This document shows positions 61,846-64,000 of a stretch of DNA of 64,000 nt, in pieces. Location: positions 73,284,001-73,348,000 of the forward strand of contig CM060731.1 of assembly GCA_030704615.1 (NCBI GenBank), in the 5' to 3' direction. The stretch is from Takakia lepidozioides. Lineage: Eukaryota; Plantae; Bryophyta. Numbering within the stretch: the stretch's first letter is position 1; every line of letters begins with the position of its first letter. Below the pieces are notes generated by a model that made no database searches, had not been told where the DNA came from, and saw only the letters and a program-made list of their open reading frames with translations. A program made the translations under genes and the position numbers.

Positions 61846-62816
61846 TGTCGCGCGGCTTTTACTCACCCATCCCTTCGCTATCCGAGGCGGAAACTCCAAG
61901 ATAGAAGAGTTGGAAATCTCTAAGTACTCAGCCCGCGCAGAACAATCAGTCATGACCTACAGCTAGTGTATCATGGGGGTGTTTCCTATTTGTTTCCCTT
62001 TTCGCATTCATCTTAGCTACCTTACCATTGATAATTAAGTATCAGTTTGCTTCATCAATCTATCGGTTTCCTTCACTCATCCATTCATTCCACAGCTTCA
62101 CTCAGATCTCTCTACACAGTGTGATTGTATCGTGTAAGTATCAGATTATGATTTATCAGGTATCAGGCCGAAGCCATTATGTCTCTAATCTGCTCTACAA
62201 TATCACTACAGCTTTGCATATAACAAGCATCTACTAATCCTCTTTCCTCCTTCACCGTGCTCTCCATCTTTGCTTCCGATCTCCGCTCCAGCCTGACTAA
62301 GAAGTCCTCCTCCGAATAATGATCCCCCCCATTTCCCCGTTTTTCCCTTTATCTTCCTATCCGCAGTTCTAACCGTTTCCCTCACTAACCGTCGTCTGTG
62401 AACTAACATGTTCCCTTCGCAGGTGTTGTTTCCCCACAGTCGTTCCCTGTCCTACTCTTCGTTCCCTATGATCGTGACAGCTGTGTCAAGCTGTGACTGG
62501 CTGTGTGAAACTGTGACGGGCTGTGACGGGCTGTGTCTGCTGTGACGGGCTGTGACGGGCTGTGTCGGCTGTGTCTGCTGTGACGGGCTGTGACGGCTGT
62601 GTTGGCTGTGTCTGCTGTGACTGGCTGTGTTGGCTGTGTAGGCTGTGACTGGCTGTGTGGCTGTGTCGGCTGTAACGGGATGTGTTGGCTGTGTAACCCC
62701 CTTCTACAGTGCGCTGCTGTCACCCCTAAGGCTCCTGTTGGTCTCAGTCTGTGCAAAAATTAAGGGTACCCTACAGATCCCGTATAAGTGTCTAAGTCCC
62801 CTACAGTCCTCTAACA
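61846..62816 (-). repeat. 5' LTR (971 bp)
   Basis: Element sense TGTTAGAGG...GCGCGACA. Confidence 0.97.
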
Positions 62817-62829
62817 TGAACCGTAAAAG

Positions 62830-64000
62830 GAGGTTTACTATTTCATGAGCAGAAACCATGAGCCATGAGCCATGAGCCGCATGAGCCGCATGAGCGGTGA
62901 GCCGAAGTCTAAGATACGCGGATTTCATGAGCGGACTCCTCCAAATTTGGAAATGCGGCAGATTAAACAAGTATTAAAATAATAGTTTTTTATTTGACCT
63001 TGCCGTTTTTGGACGTTCCAGATCATGTAATGCGGCGAAGATATGTCGTCAGTAACAAGTCCGCTCATGGTTTTTTAGATCCGCTCATGGAAATAAGTGA
63101 CCGTGCAACGGGAAATCCAGTATACCACTGCAAAAGGACGTCGCATACTGGCCTGTATAGAGTATTCCGCGGTTTTACATGCCTTAACATTGGAATGAAG
63201 CTGACCCTTTTGCCGCGATTGAACCAATGGAGTCTGCACCAATACAGTCTGCAGTACTTCACAATTCTGTCTTCTTCGGGTATTCGGCGGGAAAGGTTTG
63301 CAACTGAACTGGGAAATAGGGTGCCGCATTAGGGTTCGCACGTGCGAAATTTCGGAGCGGTTTGGTGTTGGCGAAGGCCGCCTCTGGGGGTACCTACGAC
63401 GATACTTGGAAATTCGGCGCCGCATTTCCTTGTCGGAGGTCGAATGAGGAAAGCAAGTTTTCGGAAAGCAGAAAAACATGAACCCTCCAACATACAAAAA
63501 TACATGCACGTGGAAACAAGTGAACGATATAGTAATATCTTAGTTCGATCAAAACAGGTTACTGGTAGGCAAGACATATGTCGGACCTTTCTGTGGCCAG
63601 AGTCTGAGGTACTGGCAGCAGTACAGTTCTACTATCCGAAAAGGATGGGCGTACCATTGTATGTGGACCGCAAGCCAAGCTCACTGGTCCCCTGGATCCA
63701 TATTCAGAAGAGTGTGAACCTCCTGGGGGCTCAACCCTGGTGCATGTATGAAGTGATGAGTTGTGGAATTACAACGGAGTCTCTTTAGGTACACGTAGTA
63801 CAAATGCTTGCAAGGGCAGTATGATGCCCCCTTGTTCGCCATGATCTGGAAGTCGGTGCAATTGCAGGTGGGTAATTCTGAAATGGTGATGGTGTACACC
63901 TCATTGCGAACAGCTGAGCCCGCCGTGGCCATCTGATACACACGCCCGAATCCTGGTGGGGGCACTTCTGTCGAGCTCTGGATTGTACAGTTCATCCGAA
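62830..64000. mobile_element. Left end of element B, related to element A
   Basis: GAGGTTTACTATTTCATGAGC terminus, CATGAGC repeats at 62844-62900, and degenerate palindrome copies at ~63345 and ~63410. Confidence 0.75.
63681..64000 (-). CDS. SWIM zinc-finger protein, 3' end
   Basis: YTITISELPTCNCTDF...CPCKHLYYVY (CxC...CxH); open to the window edge. Confidence 0.85.
   Translation of the reverse strand, partial: RMNCTIQSSTEVPPPGFGRVYQMATAGSAVRNEVYTITISELPTCNCTDFQIMANKGASYCPCKHLYYVYLKRLRCNSTTHHFIHAPGLSPQEVHTLLNMDPGDQ

Larger units (their letters stand above)
49585..62816 (-). mobile_element. Full-length 13.2-kb Ty3/gypsy LTR retrotransposon (non-chromovirus, Athila/Tat/Ogre-like)
   Basis: Two LTRs TG..CA, 5-bp TSD TGAAC (49580-49584, 62817-62821), tRNA PBS, PPT, gag-PR-RT-RNH-INT. 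Confidence 0.97.

Noticed and set aside
4740-62850. One giant 58-kb transposon bounded by the 21-bp inverted repeats
   Set aside because: The subterminal heptamers and palindromes lie outside the interval, so the repeats face outward and belong to two elements.

Overview
Eukaryotic, almost certainly non-seed land-plant DNA (PLS-type PPR fragments, CACTA elements, spliceosomal introns). The window is essentially a stack of nested transposons with no intact host gene. (1) 1-4760: right arm of an unclassified DNA transposon with phased palindrome arrays; a relative with the same 21-bp terminus starts at 62830 and carries a SWIM-finger ORF. (2) ~4800-33860: a CACTA/En-Spm element. Its TnpA-like gene (-) contains an FCP1-type phosphatase domain. 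Its Tnp2 transposase (+) is interrupted three times: by a 6.4-kb Pack-CACTA carrying PPR and OSB-type PDF-motif fragments, by a solo LTR, and by an 11.8-kb Ty3/gypsy element. (3) That Ty3/gypsy element (21991-33776, -) is the most remarkable feature. It encodes a C5 cytosine methyltransferase between protease and RT and a PHD finger on the integrase, appears to self-prime, and has permuted 'split' LTRs matching a 2-LTR circle opened at an internal palindrome. (4) Several truncated LINE pieces and orphan ORFs. (5) A Sola2-like transposase pseudogene split by a full-length 13.2-kb Tat/Ogre-like Ty3/gypsy element (49585-62816, TSD TGAAC) and, 8 bp further on, by the SWIM element. Many frameshifts may be consensus errors. 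Domain calls come from motif recognition by eye, not from database searches.
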